DNA from: Podarcis pityusensis
Taxonomy: Eukaryota
Direction: 5' to 3' (one strand)
Assembly: GCA_964106645.2 (NCBI GenBank)
Contig: OZ067038.1
Length of the DNA: 64,000 nucleotides
Made by a program: the position numbers and the translations under genes. Positions 26,701 to 38,700 of this stretch are shown piece after piece; position 1 is the first letter of the stretch, and every line of letters starts with the position of its first letter. The notes under the pieces are model-generated. The model was not told the DNA's origin, searched no databases, and worked only from the letters and a program-made list of their open reading frames with translations.

Positions 26701-29700
26701 AAGACATTTGTATATCTGAAATGGAGGAGACCAGACTACGATGGTGGCAGCCCCAACTTAACATACCATGTTGAAAGAAAACTGAAGGATTCGGATGAGT
26801 GGGAAAGAGTGCACAAAGGTAGCATTAAGGAAACACACTATATGGTTGACAAATGCGTTGAAAATAAAATTTATCAGTTCAGAGTTCAGACAAAGAATGA
26901 AGGTGGTGAAAGTGACTGGGTGAAGACAAGTGAAGTTGTTGTTAAAGAAGAAATTCAGAAACCTGTACTTGATCTGAAGCTGTCTGGAGTACTGACTGTG
27001 AAAGCTGGTGAACCAATAAAAATTGTAGCAGGACTTAGAGGCAAGCCCCAACCAGAAGTATCTTGGGCAAAGGATTCTGCCGATCTATCCCAATCTCCAA
27101 GGGCCAAAATTGAAACAACTTCAGACTCATCTAAGTTCCTTCTCTCCAAAGCAAGGCGCACAGATGGTGGTAAATACGTTATTACTGCCACTAATCCAGC
27201 TGGTAGCTTTGTAGCATATGCTACTGTAAATGTTTTGGACAAACCAGGACCTGTCAGAAATTTGAAGGTGGCTGATGTTTCAACTGACCGATGCACAGTC
27301 AGCTGGGATGTACCTGAAGATGATGGTGGTTGTGAAATACAGAACTACATCGTAGAGAAATGTGAAAGCAGACGAATGGTTTGGACTACGTATTCCTCCT
27401 CTGTGCTAATGACCCATATACATGTAACACATCTCATTGAAGGCAATGAATATATATTCAGGGTCCGTGCAGAGAATAAAATGGGCACTGGTCCCCCAAC
27501 AGAGACTAAGCCAATTATAGCAAAAACAAAGTATAATAGACCTGGTCGTCCAGATCCTCCAGAAGTCACAAAGGTCAGCAAAGAAGAGATGACTGTAGTT
27601 TGGAACCCACCAGAATATGATGGTGGTAAATCAATCACAGGATATATATTAGAGAAGAAAGAGAAAAGGTCATTAAGGTGGGTTCCTGTTACCAAAAGTG
27701 CAATTCCAGAGAGACGCAAGAAAGTTACAAATCTCATTCCAGGATATGAATATCAGTTCCGTGTCAGGGCAGAAAATGAAATTGGAATTGGTGAACCAAG
27801 CTACCCATCAAAACCAACAATAGCGAAGGATCCAATAGGTACTGATCTTTCCAATATTTTTTTGTTAGTAATACTTCAATTTAAATTATCTTTCTCTGAT
27901 TCACTGATATGCTTACTTCTGTACTTTTCTGTCATCTTGCAGAACCACCTGGTCCTCCCATTAATCTTAAGGTTGTTGATAGCACGAAGACCTCTATTAC
28001 TCTTGGATGGGGAAAGCCAGTCTATGATGGTGGTGCTCCTATTATTGGCTATGTGGTAGAAATGAGACCCAAAACTGAAAAAGCAGGTCCTGATGAAGGA
28101 TGGAAAAGATGCAATGTTGCTACACAAGTTATTCATACAGAATTTACAGTGACAAGCTTGGAGGAGAAAGAACTATATGAGTTCCGGGTTTCTGCCCAAA
28201 ATCAAGTAGGCATTGGCCGGCCAGCTGATTTGAAAGAAGCTGTTTCTCCCAAAGAAATTCTTGGTAATTTTGCCAACAGGCCATTAAATTATTTGCTATC
28301 TTAAAAATTGCTTTCAAAATATAAACTTTTAATGTTCCTTTTCAGAACCTCCTGAAATTGACTTGGATGCAAGCCTGAGAAAGTTAGTCATAGTCAGAGC
28401 AGGATGCCCCATAAGACTTTTTGCCATTATTCGAGGGCGACCAGCCCCTAAAGTTACCTGGAGGAAGGTGGGAATTGACAATGTGATCAGAAGAGGCCAG
28501 GTTGACCTGGTTGACACAATGGCCTTCTGCGTCATCCCCGATTCTACACGGGATGATTCAGGCAAATACACTTTGACAGTTGTTAACCCTGCTGGAGAAA
28601 AGGCAGTCTTTGTGAATGTCCGTGTCCTTGGTGAGTAATGTCAATAATTTTAACATCTATTAATTTTTCTTCTGTGATTTATGAATGTCTTATTCATTGC
28701 AATTTCTTTTCCATGAGACTCTGCCCACTTACTTTGAATAATTGTGGCCTAATATTGGTTGTTTTTTGTTTCCTTTCCTCCAATAGATACTCCTGGACCT
28801 GTAGCAGAGCTCAGTGTCAAGGATGTCACAAAAACATCCTGTCAGGTTTCATGGACTCCACCTGAAAATGACGGTGGCAGTCCTGTAACACATTACATCG
28901 TGGAAAAACGTGAGGCTGAGAGAAAGACCTGGGCAAAACTTACCGATGATGTAAAGAAGACTAGTTTCAAGGTTTCTAATCTTATGCCAGGAACTGAGTA
29001 TTTCTTCAGAGTCATTGCTGTCAATGAATATGGCCCTGGTGTTCCAAGGGACACGCCCAAACCAATCCTGGCATCAGATCCGCTAAGTAAGTATTTATTG
29101 ATGTAGCTGCTGTATTATTTCATTCAGGAAATTCAGATTTTGTATGATAGTTCAGATAGTCAAAATCAGTTGTCACTGCGCATAATAATAAATAACAATA
29201 ATGAATAAATAATTTCATGAGATAACTTCACCTCCCTGCACTTATTTAATTGACTTGTTGTTTGGCAGATCTTCTATTTGCTATATTTCAAAGAATATAA
29301 CCTGTCCACAAATACATTGCCAGCTGAGTCTTCTTCCAGGGTGTGGAGGCAATGTGTGGATCACAAAAAACAATCAAACCAGAATAGAAGTACCATATTG
29401 GCCTGAATATAAGCCTCACTTTTTCTCCCAAATTCTAACTGTGAAAAGTTAAAGTGCGGCTTAAATTCGCAACCTTACAAAAATTGGCTTTTACGATATT
29501 GCTGCTAAAACAGATATACGGTAAAAAGGAACGGGTGTGAGTGCCTGTGGAATTTTAAGGGAGCAGCTTATATTTGGGTATTCTTTTTCTCTTTCCCCCT
29601 TAAATTTTAAAGGTGCGGCTTATAGTTGGGTGCGGCTTATATTCGGGCCAATACGGTACTACAAAGGTCAAAGAAACCACTGGTCTCATGACTTATGTAT

Positions 29701-32700
29701 TCAAATGAAAAAATAAAATAGTACAATATATTCTGTGTTTCCCCGCCCCCAATAAATCATGAGAAGATGTAATGATCTTAGAAATTATGTAAACTAAGCA
29801 TTTACCTGCCTGTTTTATTTTTAAGGTGAACCTGATCCTCCAAGGAAACTTGAAGTGACTGAAATCACAAAGAACAGTGCTACTTTAGGGTGGTTGCCAC
29901 CGTTGCGTGACGGTGGTTCCAAAATTGATGGCTACATCATTGCATATCAAGAAGAGGGTCATGCTGAGGATCACTGGACACAGTACTCCGTTGTCAAAGA
30001 TCTTCATATTGTTGTTGCTGGCCTAAAGGAAGGAAAGAAATACAAATTTAGAGTGGCTGCAAGGAATGCTGTAGGAGTAAGCCAGCCAAAACAAACTGAA
30101 GGCATCTATGAAGTTAAAGAGCAACTGAGTAAGTACCTAACTATGACCACTTGTACAACTGAAATATAATTCAATTATTTTGATTTTGTATCTAAATTTG
30201 GATGTCACCTCTTAAAGATATTTAAAATTAGGTCCTGTCACGTAATCTGATGTCTTTAGTGACATTCCTTTTTTAATGGGTTTATTGTTTTTTTCCCAAA
30301 ACAGCAACATACAAACAAGACATTCAAAAGGGTCTACAAAAAAACTTCACAAATAGGCTCATTGGCTCTGTGACCTTCTATAGCAAAGTATTAGGTGTTA
30401 ATTCTGGCCTGAAGAGTACTGAATGTGGGTCCCAGGCCCAGCAGGCAGTTTCTTAATAGTTCGCTTCATTTATGCACAAGTTTACCTTAAAAATTTGTGC
30501 ATCTCCCCATTATAAGATGTTGTGAAGCTTCCTGCATCTGAAGAATAGGACAGCTGTACAGTTAATTAAATAAGATAGCACACTGCTCAGACCTTAGAAT
30601 AAACCTACAAAAGAAGCTAGGAGGAAATGAATCAGGGATATTATATTTCAAGGATATTAGGGGGAATACAATTTATCGGGGCTAGTTCCTTGGTGACTAT
30701 TTGAAAACAAAGTTTTTGGTTGGTTTGGGGACGTAATATCAGACCTTTTGCCTTACTTCTGCAGAATATAGATCAGAAGTGGCTAGTCTGGGGCCTAGCC
30801 ACACCTCCAGACACTGTTAGACTGCAACTCCCATTTGCTGCAGCCAGCATGGCCAGCAGTGGCGTAGCGTGGGGGGTGCCAGGGGTGCCGGCCGCACCGG
30901 GCGCAACTTCTGGGGGGGCGCGCTCGCTGCCTCCGGAATCGCCCAGAGCCCCATGGCAGCGGCTCTCAGCGCTCGCTGCGGAAGGCGCGCCAGGCAGCCC
31001 CTCCTCACCGACGGGCAGCGTTCGCCTGCGGGGCTCGGCCAGCGCGCAGGGCTGGCCGCATGGAGTTGCCGGGGAGCCGCCGCCGCCTGCCATGCCGCCC
31101 TGGCTGCTTCAGCCGCGTCCGACAGCCGGCTCGAGGCTCCTTCCGGCCAGGTCTCCCGATGGGGTGCTGCGGGCGGAGGCTTCGGCACCAAGCGCCACGC
31201 CGCCCACCCGCCCCGACGGGGCCCGCCCACCCGCGCCGGAGGCTGGCCAACCCACTGGCCCCAGAGGCGCCCCCTCCCCGCGCCAGAAAGAAGCCGCATC
31301 AGGGCTAGCCGGGCCGGGGAGGGAGACCGAGAAGGCTGCGCCGCAACGCCCAAAGACGCGCGTCTTGGCGCAAAGGGGCCCACGGCACCCAGACGCGGAA
31401 GGGACCCTCTCCCCGTGACCCGCCACTGAACTGCAATTCCCAGCTCCCTTGGCAAATCCCAGTGCCCAATCCCCATGCTTTATTTGAGGCAGGGGTCCTT
31501 TAATTGCAAAAACAACACCACGGAGGGCAGTAGTCACTACGAAATTTGCCCCAGAGTAGAGCCGTCAGTATTAATGACCATGGTTAGGGGTTAGGGGGCG
31601 CAAATTACTTGCCTTGCCCCGGGTTAGGGGGCGCAAATTACTTGCCTTGCCCCGGGTGCTGACTACCCACGCTACGCCGCTGATGGCCAGTGGCTATGGG
31701 TGTTGGAAGTTGTCGTCCAACAACATTTGGAGAGTTGCAGGCTACCCCCAGTCAAGAGCATGAAAGCTGTCAGGAGGCTGACATTTGTTTTCAGGGGGGA
31801 AATGCATGGTTGTTTCAAGTAAGAATGATATCAGCTTAAGATTGTGAGAACTAATTCAAAATACATATACATAAGTTATTAATTTTTGTGTGTGACCTAT
31901 GTGTCTGTTTCCTATCATTTGATTTTTAATTTCAGTGCCACCTAAGATTCTGATGCCAGATCATGTCAATATAAAGGCTGGGCAGAAACTCAGGATTGAA
32001 GCACATGTTTATGGGAAACCCCACCCGACTTGTAAATGGATGAAAGGAGACAAAGATGTGGCAATATCCAGTCGCCTGGCTGTGCATAAAGCAGACAGCA
32101 CTTCGGTTCTCATCATTAAAGATGTAATTAGGAAAGACAGTGATTATTACAGTCTAACAGCTGAAAACAGCTCGGGAGTAGCTACTCAGAAAATCAAAGT
32201 GGTCGTCATGGGTACATTGAATCTTCTTTTCCATGCTTACTTCTCAACATTCTTAACATGATTCACCAATGAGCATGACCTTATTTGTACCTGTATGTTT
32301 GTCTCTTTCTGTAGATATCCCTGGTCCACCACAGCCACCATTCGAAATTTCTGACATAGATGCTGATGCTTGCTCTTTGTCATGGCATACTCCTCTTGAA
32401 GACGGTGGTAGCAACATCACCAACTACGTGGTTGAGAAGTGTGATACCAGTCGAGGAGACTGGATAACAGTGGTAGCTTCTGTTACAAAGACGAATTGCA
32501 GAGTTGGAAAACTCACCCCTGGAGAAGAATACATGTTCCGTGTTCGTGCTGAAAACCGATTTGGAATTTCTGAACCGCTTCCGTCCGATAAGATGATTGC
32601 AAGGTTTCCATTTGGTATGTCCACCTCAGACAATGGTGCAGTCTTTATTAGAATACTTCTAAGGGTGAAATGATTTTTTTTAAAAAAAAAATTCTCATCT

Positions 32701-35700
32701 CTTTCTCTACAGATGTTCCTAGTGAACCAAAGAATGCACGTGTTACCAAGGTGAACAAGGACTGCATTTTTGTGGCATGGGACAGGCCAGACAGTGATGG
32801 AGGCAGCCCAATAACTGGTTATCTCATTGAACGTAAAGAAAGGAACAGTTTGCTTTGGGTGAAGGCCAATGATACACTTGTGCGATCCACAGAATACCCA
32901 TGTGCAAATTTAATTGAAGGCCTTGAGTACACATTTAGAATCTATGCTCTGAATAAAGCTGGTGCAAGCAAGCCTAGCAAACCAACAGATTTTATTACAG
33001 CCAGAACACCAGTTGGTAAGCAAAACATTTGCATACATTGCATTATGTATAACTATTATTGTTAATACTGAGCTGACTTAAGTACCGTAACATTAGGATA
33101 ATATGGCCAAAGCTAAACTTTCTTAAACTGCACTGATTTCAACAAGGAAGGTAAGCATTTGCTTATTGAATTCCAACGAAAAGCCTTGCTTTTGGCTAGA
33201 TTGTGCCCAAAGTTTAATTTCTCTGGATTTAAAAAGAAAGAAAGAAATATACCATGGTTGTTCAGTGATATGCATCTTTTGTGTTGTGACATTTTCTATC
33301 AAATGCCATAGAATAAACCTGACCTCATTTGTTTTTAGATCCCCCTGGCAAACCCGAGGTTATTGATGTCACTAAGAGTACTGTGTCTCTTGTCTGGGCA
33401 AGACCAAAACATGATGGTGGTAGCAAGATACTTGGCTATTTTGTTGAATCCTGTAAACTGCCTGGAGAAAGATGGGTACGATGCAATACCACTCCCCATC
33501 AAATACCCCTGGAAGAGTACACTGCAACTGGTTTGGAAGAAGGTGCACAGTATCAATTTAGAGCCATAGCAAAAACAGCAGTGAACATTAGCTGGCCTTC
33601 TGAACCTTCTGATCCAATAACCGTTCAGTCAGAAAATGGTAAGGAACGCATTTGAGTACCATTAGAATTGAGCCATACTTTTATCCTTCTCATTGTTATG
33701 TGCTCATTGGAATGTATTTCCCCCCCTCCCCTTCTACATTTTTTTTTACACTGCAGTACCACCAAAAATAGAACTCGGTGTAGCTATGAAATCCTTGCTT
33801 GTAGTAAAAGCTGGAACCAATGTTTGTCTTGAGGCCAATGTGTTCGGCAAGCCTATGCCAACTATTAGTTGGAAGAAAGAAGGGGAGATCCTGAAACCAG
33901 TTGAAGGAGTCAAGATAACCACCAAGAGAAATTTATCTACTGTGGAGCTCTTCAGCGTAAATAGAAAGCAAACAGGAGATTATACTATCACAGCTGAAAA
34001 TGCAAGTGGTTCCAAATCAGCAACTATTAAACTTAAAGTACTAGGTAGGCTAAAAGTTCATTTGAATCAGTGTATTTAAACTTCAGGAAATGTAGCAGTT
34101 GTAAGACTTCACTCACCGCCTAATTTTTCTTTCCCAGACAAGCCTGGTCCTCCAGCTTCAGTTAAGATTGTAAACATGTACACAGACCGAGCAATGCTTT
34201 CTTGGGAACCTCCTCTTGAAGATGGGGGCTCAGACATTACTAATTACATTGTCGACAAACGGGAAACAAGCAGACCCAACTGGGCTCAAGTCACCGCCAA
34301 TGTCCCCATCACTAGCTGCAGCGTTGAGAAACTAATTGAAGGACATGAGTACCAATTCCGCATTTGCGCTGAAAACAAATATGGAGTAGGTGACCCAATT
34401 TTGACTGACTCAGCAGTGGCTAAGAATCCATATGGTAAGCTTCTCTCACTGGATTTTTCTATCCATTTAGTGTCAATCTATGTTTTAACATTTGCTTAAG
34501 AACATTTCAAATTATTATTTATAGATGTGCCTGGACCATGTGAACCACCTATAATTAGTAACATAACAAAAGATTTCATGTCGGTAAGCTGGAAAGCACC
34601 TGCTGATGATGGCGGCTCCCCTGTAACTGGATATATTGTTGAAAAACGTGAAACGAGGGCAGTTAACTGGACAAAAGTGAATAGAAAGCCCGTCATTGAA
34701 AGAACCATAAAGGCCACTGGACTCCAGGAAGGAACAGAATATGAGTATAGGGTAACTGCACTGAATAAAGCTGGACCCGGCAAACCTAGTGGAGTATCTA
34801 AAGCAGTATATGCACGTGATCCTCAGTGTAAGTTGAACACAAGCACATTTTTCGGTCTTCTGTGACTTTGTGAGTGTGTGCAAATGGGTTTGCCAGATCA
34901 TAATTGTGTAATTTCTTGGTGCTTTCATTCTCAGATCCTCCTGGCCCACCAGCGTTCCCAAAAGTGATTGACACCACCCGTAGCTCTATAACCCTGTCTT
35001 GGACCAAACCAGCATATGATGGTGGAAGCCCCATTATTGGCTACCTTGTTGAAGTAAAACGAGCAGATACAGATAACTGGGTCCGGTGCAATTTGCCAAG
35101 GAATTTGCCAGATACCCGTTACGTTGTGACTGGACTCACGGAGAACACAGAATACCAGTTCCGCATTTATGCTGTCAATAAGGTTGGATATAGTGACCCA
35201 AGTGATGTGCCAGACAAGCACATGGCCAAGGACATTTTAAGTAAGTTGTCCTGAAAAGAAATTGACTTGTTGACTTTTGTGCATATTGTGGGTATCGGTA
35301 TAGAAGGTTTAGTGGAGGGCCTATGAGAAACTAGGGGCTCTGTGCTGAACTGTTTCATGAACTCACACATGTCTAGTCTTTAAACCACTATTCCCTCAGT
35401 TGTTAAAAACCACACAATCTAGCCACATGCTCCTCATTCCGCTCTGTTTCTAAAATTTTCTTGAGAATGGAATCCTCAGCTTTTCTTTCCATCTGCACTA
35501 TCATTGTTGCACATTTTCCTCTACCCAGAAACACACTTGCTCCTTCTCTGTCTTGTGTGAAAGAAAACAATGTCCTCCTTCTGAATAATAATGCAATGGT
35601 ATCATGTTTTGAGTGCAAGGCAAGCACACTTTCCCAATGGGAAGCTCCTAGATAGTTGTAGAAAAGTAGGGACCGCAACTTGACTGAAAGTGTAGAGTGG

Positions 35701-38700
35701 ATTCCTCTCAAAACAAAGGGAGAGAGAAGAATATGAGAAACCACTGGTGTCTGGCTGGGTGGCATAAAAACTGGCAATTAGGGAAGGAAGGTTAGAGTAA
35801 CATTTAGAGAGATTTCCTCTCTTTTACTCATCCACTTGCTTTTTCTAAAAAAGAAAAAAGAAAGCCTGAGCTTTATTCCCCCTAACATCATTGCTTTGTA
35901 TTTTCTCTCTCTTTCCTTTCCATTCCCATCCTGCCTCAGCCACTGACACTGATTTTATTATATTTTAAATTGTTATCATCAGCATTTGACATCTACTTTT
36001 ATTTACAATGCAGTTCCACCTGAGGGAGAGCTTGATGCTGAATTGAGGAAAGTTCTGGTATTACGTGCTGGAGTCACAATGAGGATTTATGTGCCAGTGA
36101 GAGGCCGTCCACCTCCCAAGATTTCTTGGTCTAAAGTGGATGCCAACATAAGAGACAGGCAAGGACTAGATATCAAATCAACTGACTTTGACACTTTCCT
36201 GCGCTGTGAAAATGTAAATAAATACGATTCTGGAAAATATGTCCTGAGTCTGGAGAACGTCTGTGGCAAAAAAGCATACACAATGGTTGTAAAAGTACTT
36301 GGTAAGTGCTACGTGATTGCCTATTATTGTCTTAACTATCCATACACGTTTTATTTTATATATTTTAGTCATTAACTGAAATGGTTTATTTGCATCTGTA
36401 CAGATACTCCTGGGCCACCTATTAATCTGATTGTAAAAGAAGCATCTAAAGATTCTGCCTTTATTTCATGGGAACCTCCTATAATTGATGGCGGGAGTCC
36501 AGTGAAGAACTATGTGGTTGAAAAACGTGATGCAGAGAGAAAGTCGTGGTCTACAGTAGCCACAGAGTGTCCAAAAACAAGTTTCAGGATCTCTAACTTG
36601 GAGGAAGGCAAATCTTACTTCTTCAGGGTTTTTGCTGAAAATGAATATGGCATTGGCGACCCCTGTGAAACTCGTGATGCAGTTAAAGCTTCTGGTGAGA
36701 ATATTCACATGATTACTCTATCAGGCTATTGTTAAAAGGCTCTTGTGCATCTAACTTTATATTAGAGATTTGTTCATCATTATATTCTTTTCTCCCTGCT
36801 AGAAACACCTGGACCTGTTGTGGACTTAAAGGCTTTGGCTGTGACAAAGTCATCCTGCAATGTATCGTGGAAAAAGCCCATTAGCGATGGTGGAAGCCGC
36901 ATTAATGCATATATCGTTGAACTTATGACTGGTGAAAATCAGTGGCAGGAAGTTATGAGGTCAAAGAATCTCCAGTATTCAACAAGAGACTTAACAGAAG
37001 GCAAAGAATATACCTTCAGAGTGAGAGCACAAAATGAAGCTGGATATGGAACACCTAATGAAATTACAGTGCTGGCAAGGGACGATATAGGTGAGTAGAT
37101 TCATACATTTTCTCGTTCACAGAGCACACTGCATATGTCAGTATAGTGAACAATAGAACTACCCCATGAGATAGCCATGCCAGTCTAATAAAGCAAAAAT
37201 AGCAGAGGTGTCACAAAACCTTTCGTTCTTTTACAGAACAGAAGTTACTGAAATGAAGCAACTGTATTCACTGCACTGAGCATACAATAATAACAATATT
37301 ATAATAATAATTTATTATTTATATCCCGCCAATATGGCTGGGTCCCCCCAGCCACTCTGGGCGGCTTCCAACAAAACACTAAAATACAATAACCTATTAA
37401 ACATTAAAAGCTTCCCTAAACAGGGCTGCCTTTAGATGTCTTCTAAAAGTTTGGTAGTTATTTTTCTCTTTGACATCTGGTGGGAGGGCGTTCCACAGGG
37501 CGGGCGCCACTACCGAGAAGGCCCTCTGCCTGGTTCCCTGTAACTTGGCTTCTCGCAACAAGGGAACCTCCAGAAGGCCCTCGGCGCTGGACCTCAGTGT
37601 CCGGGCTGAACGATGGAGGTGGAGACACTCCTTCAGGTATACTGGACCGATGCCGTTTAGGGCTTTAAAGGTCAGCACCAACACTTTGAATTGTGCTTGG
37701 AAATGTACATACAATCATTCAATACCTTTTTGTCTTCCAGTGGCACCTGATCTTGATTTAAAAGACCTGCCAGGCTTGTGCTATTTAGCTAGAGAAGGAA
37801 GCAGTTTCCGCCTGAAAATCCCTATTAAAGGCAAACCAGCACCAACGGTGACATGGAAAAAAGGGGAAGACCTGGCTCTTACTGAGACAGGAAGAGTTGC
37901 ATTTGAAGCTACAGCAGTTAACACCTCACTCCTTGTACGTGATTGTCATAAAGATGATGCTGGGAAATATACAATCAAACTGAAGAACATTGCTGGCAGT
38001 AAAGAAGCGACTATTTCTGTGAAGGTTGTTGGCAAACCTGGAATCCCAACAGGACCTGTGAAATTTGATGAAGTCACAGCTGATGCCATGACATTAAAAT
38101 GGGCTCCTCCCAAAGATGATGGTGGTTCAGAAATCACTAACTACATTATTGAGAAGAGAGACAATGTGAATAATAAATGGGTCACATGTGTGTCTGCTGT
38201 GCAGAAAACTACCTTCAGAGTCACAAGACTTCATGAAGGCAGTGAATATACTTTCAGAATCAGTGCTGAAAATAAATATGGAGTCGGCGAAGGTCTTAAA
38301 TCTGACCCAATAATTGCAAGGCATCCATTTGGTAAGCACAAAAAATATGTTTGTTGTGAAGCATTCTGTCATTTAAGGTTCAGTCTAATTCTCTCTTACA
38401 TTTATTATATTTCTAGATGTTCCCGATGCTCCACCACCACCCAAAATTGTTGAGATTAGGCGTGATTCTGCCTATTTAACATGGACAGACCCCAAAAAGA
38501 CAGGTGGCTCACCTATCACAGGTATTTCTTTTGACATTTAATTTTGCATAAGATTCCCCAAGGTGTTAAATCTTAGGATCACAAATGCCAATCATGATGT
38601 AACACATGTTCCTACCCTCCACCAGCTTTTGCAATGTCCAGACCCAACTAACGTCAAGGCTCTGGTGTCTGTAAGGCCCGAGGGGGGCATGTTGAGAAGC

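Larger units (their letters stand above)
30790..31750. mobile_element. Old palindromic hAT-like MITE split into two arms (~30790-30856 and ~31683-31750)
   Basis: Left ctccagacactgttagactgcaactcccat is an imperfect inverted repeat of right ttggaagttgtcgtccaacaacatttggag. Confidence 0.65.

Noticed and set aside
30720-31537. Overlapping 80-230 aa ORFs on both strands
   Set aside because: Stop-codon scarcity in very GC-rich DNA; A/G/P/R-rich with no domain motifs, and several cross the TE boundary
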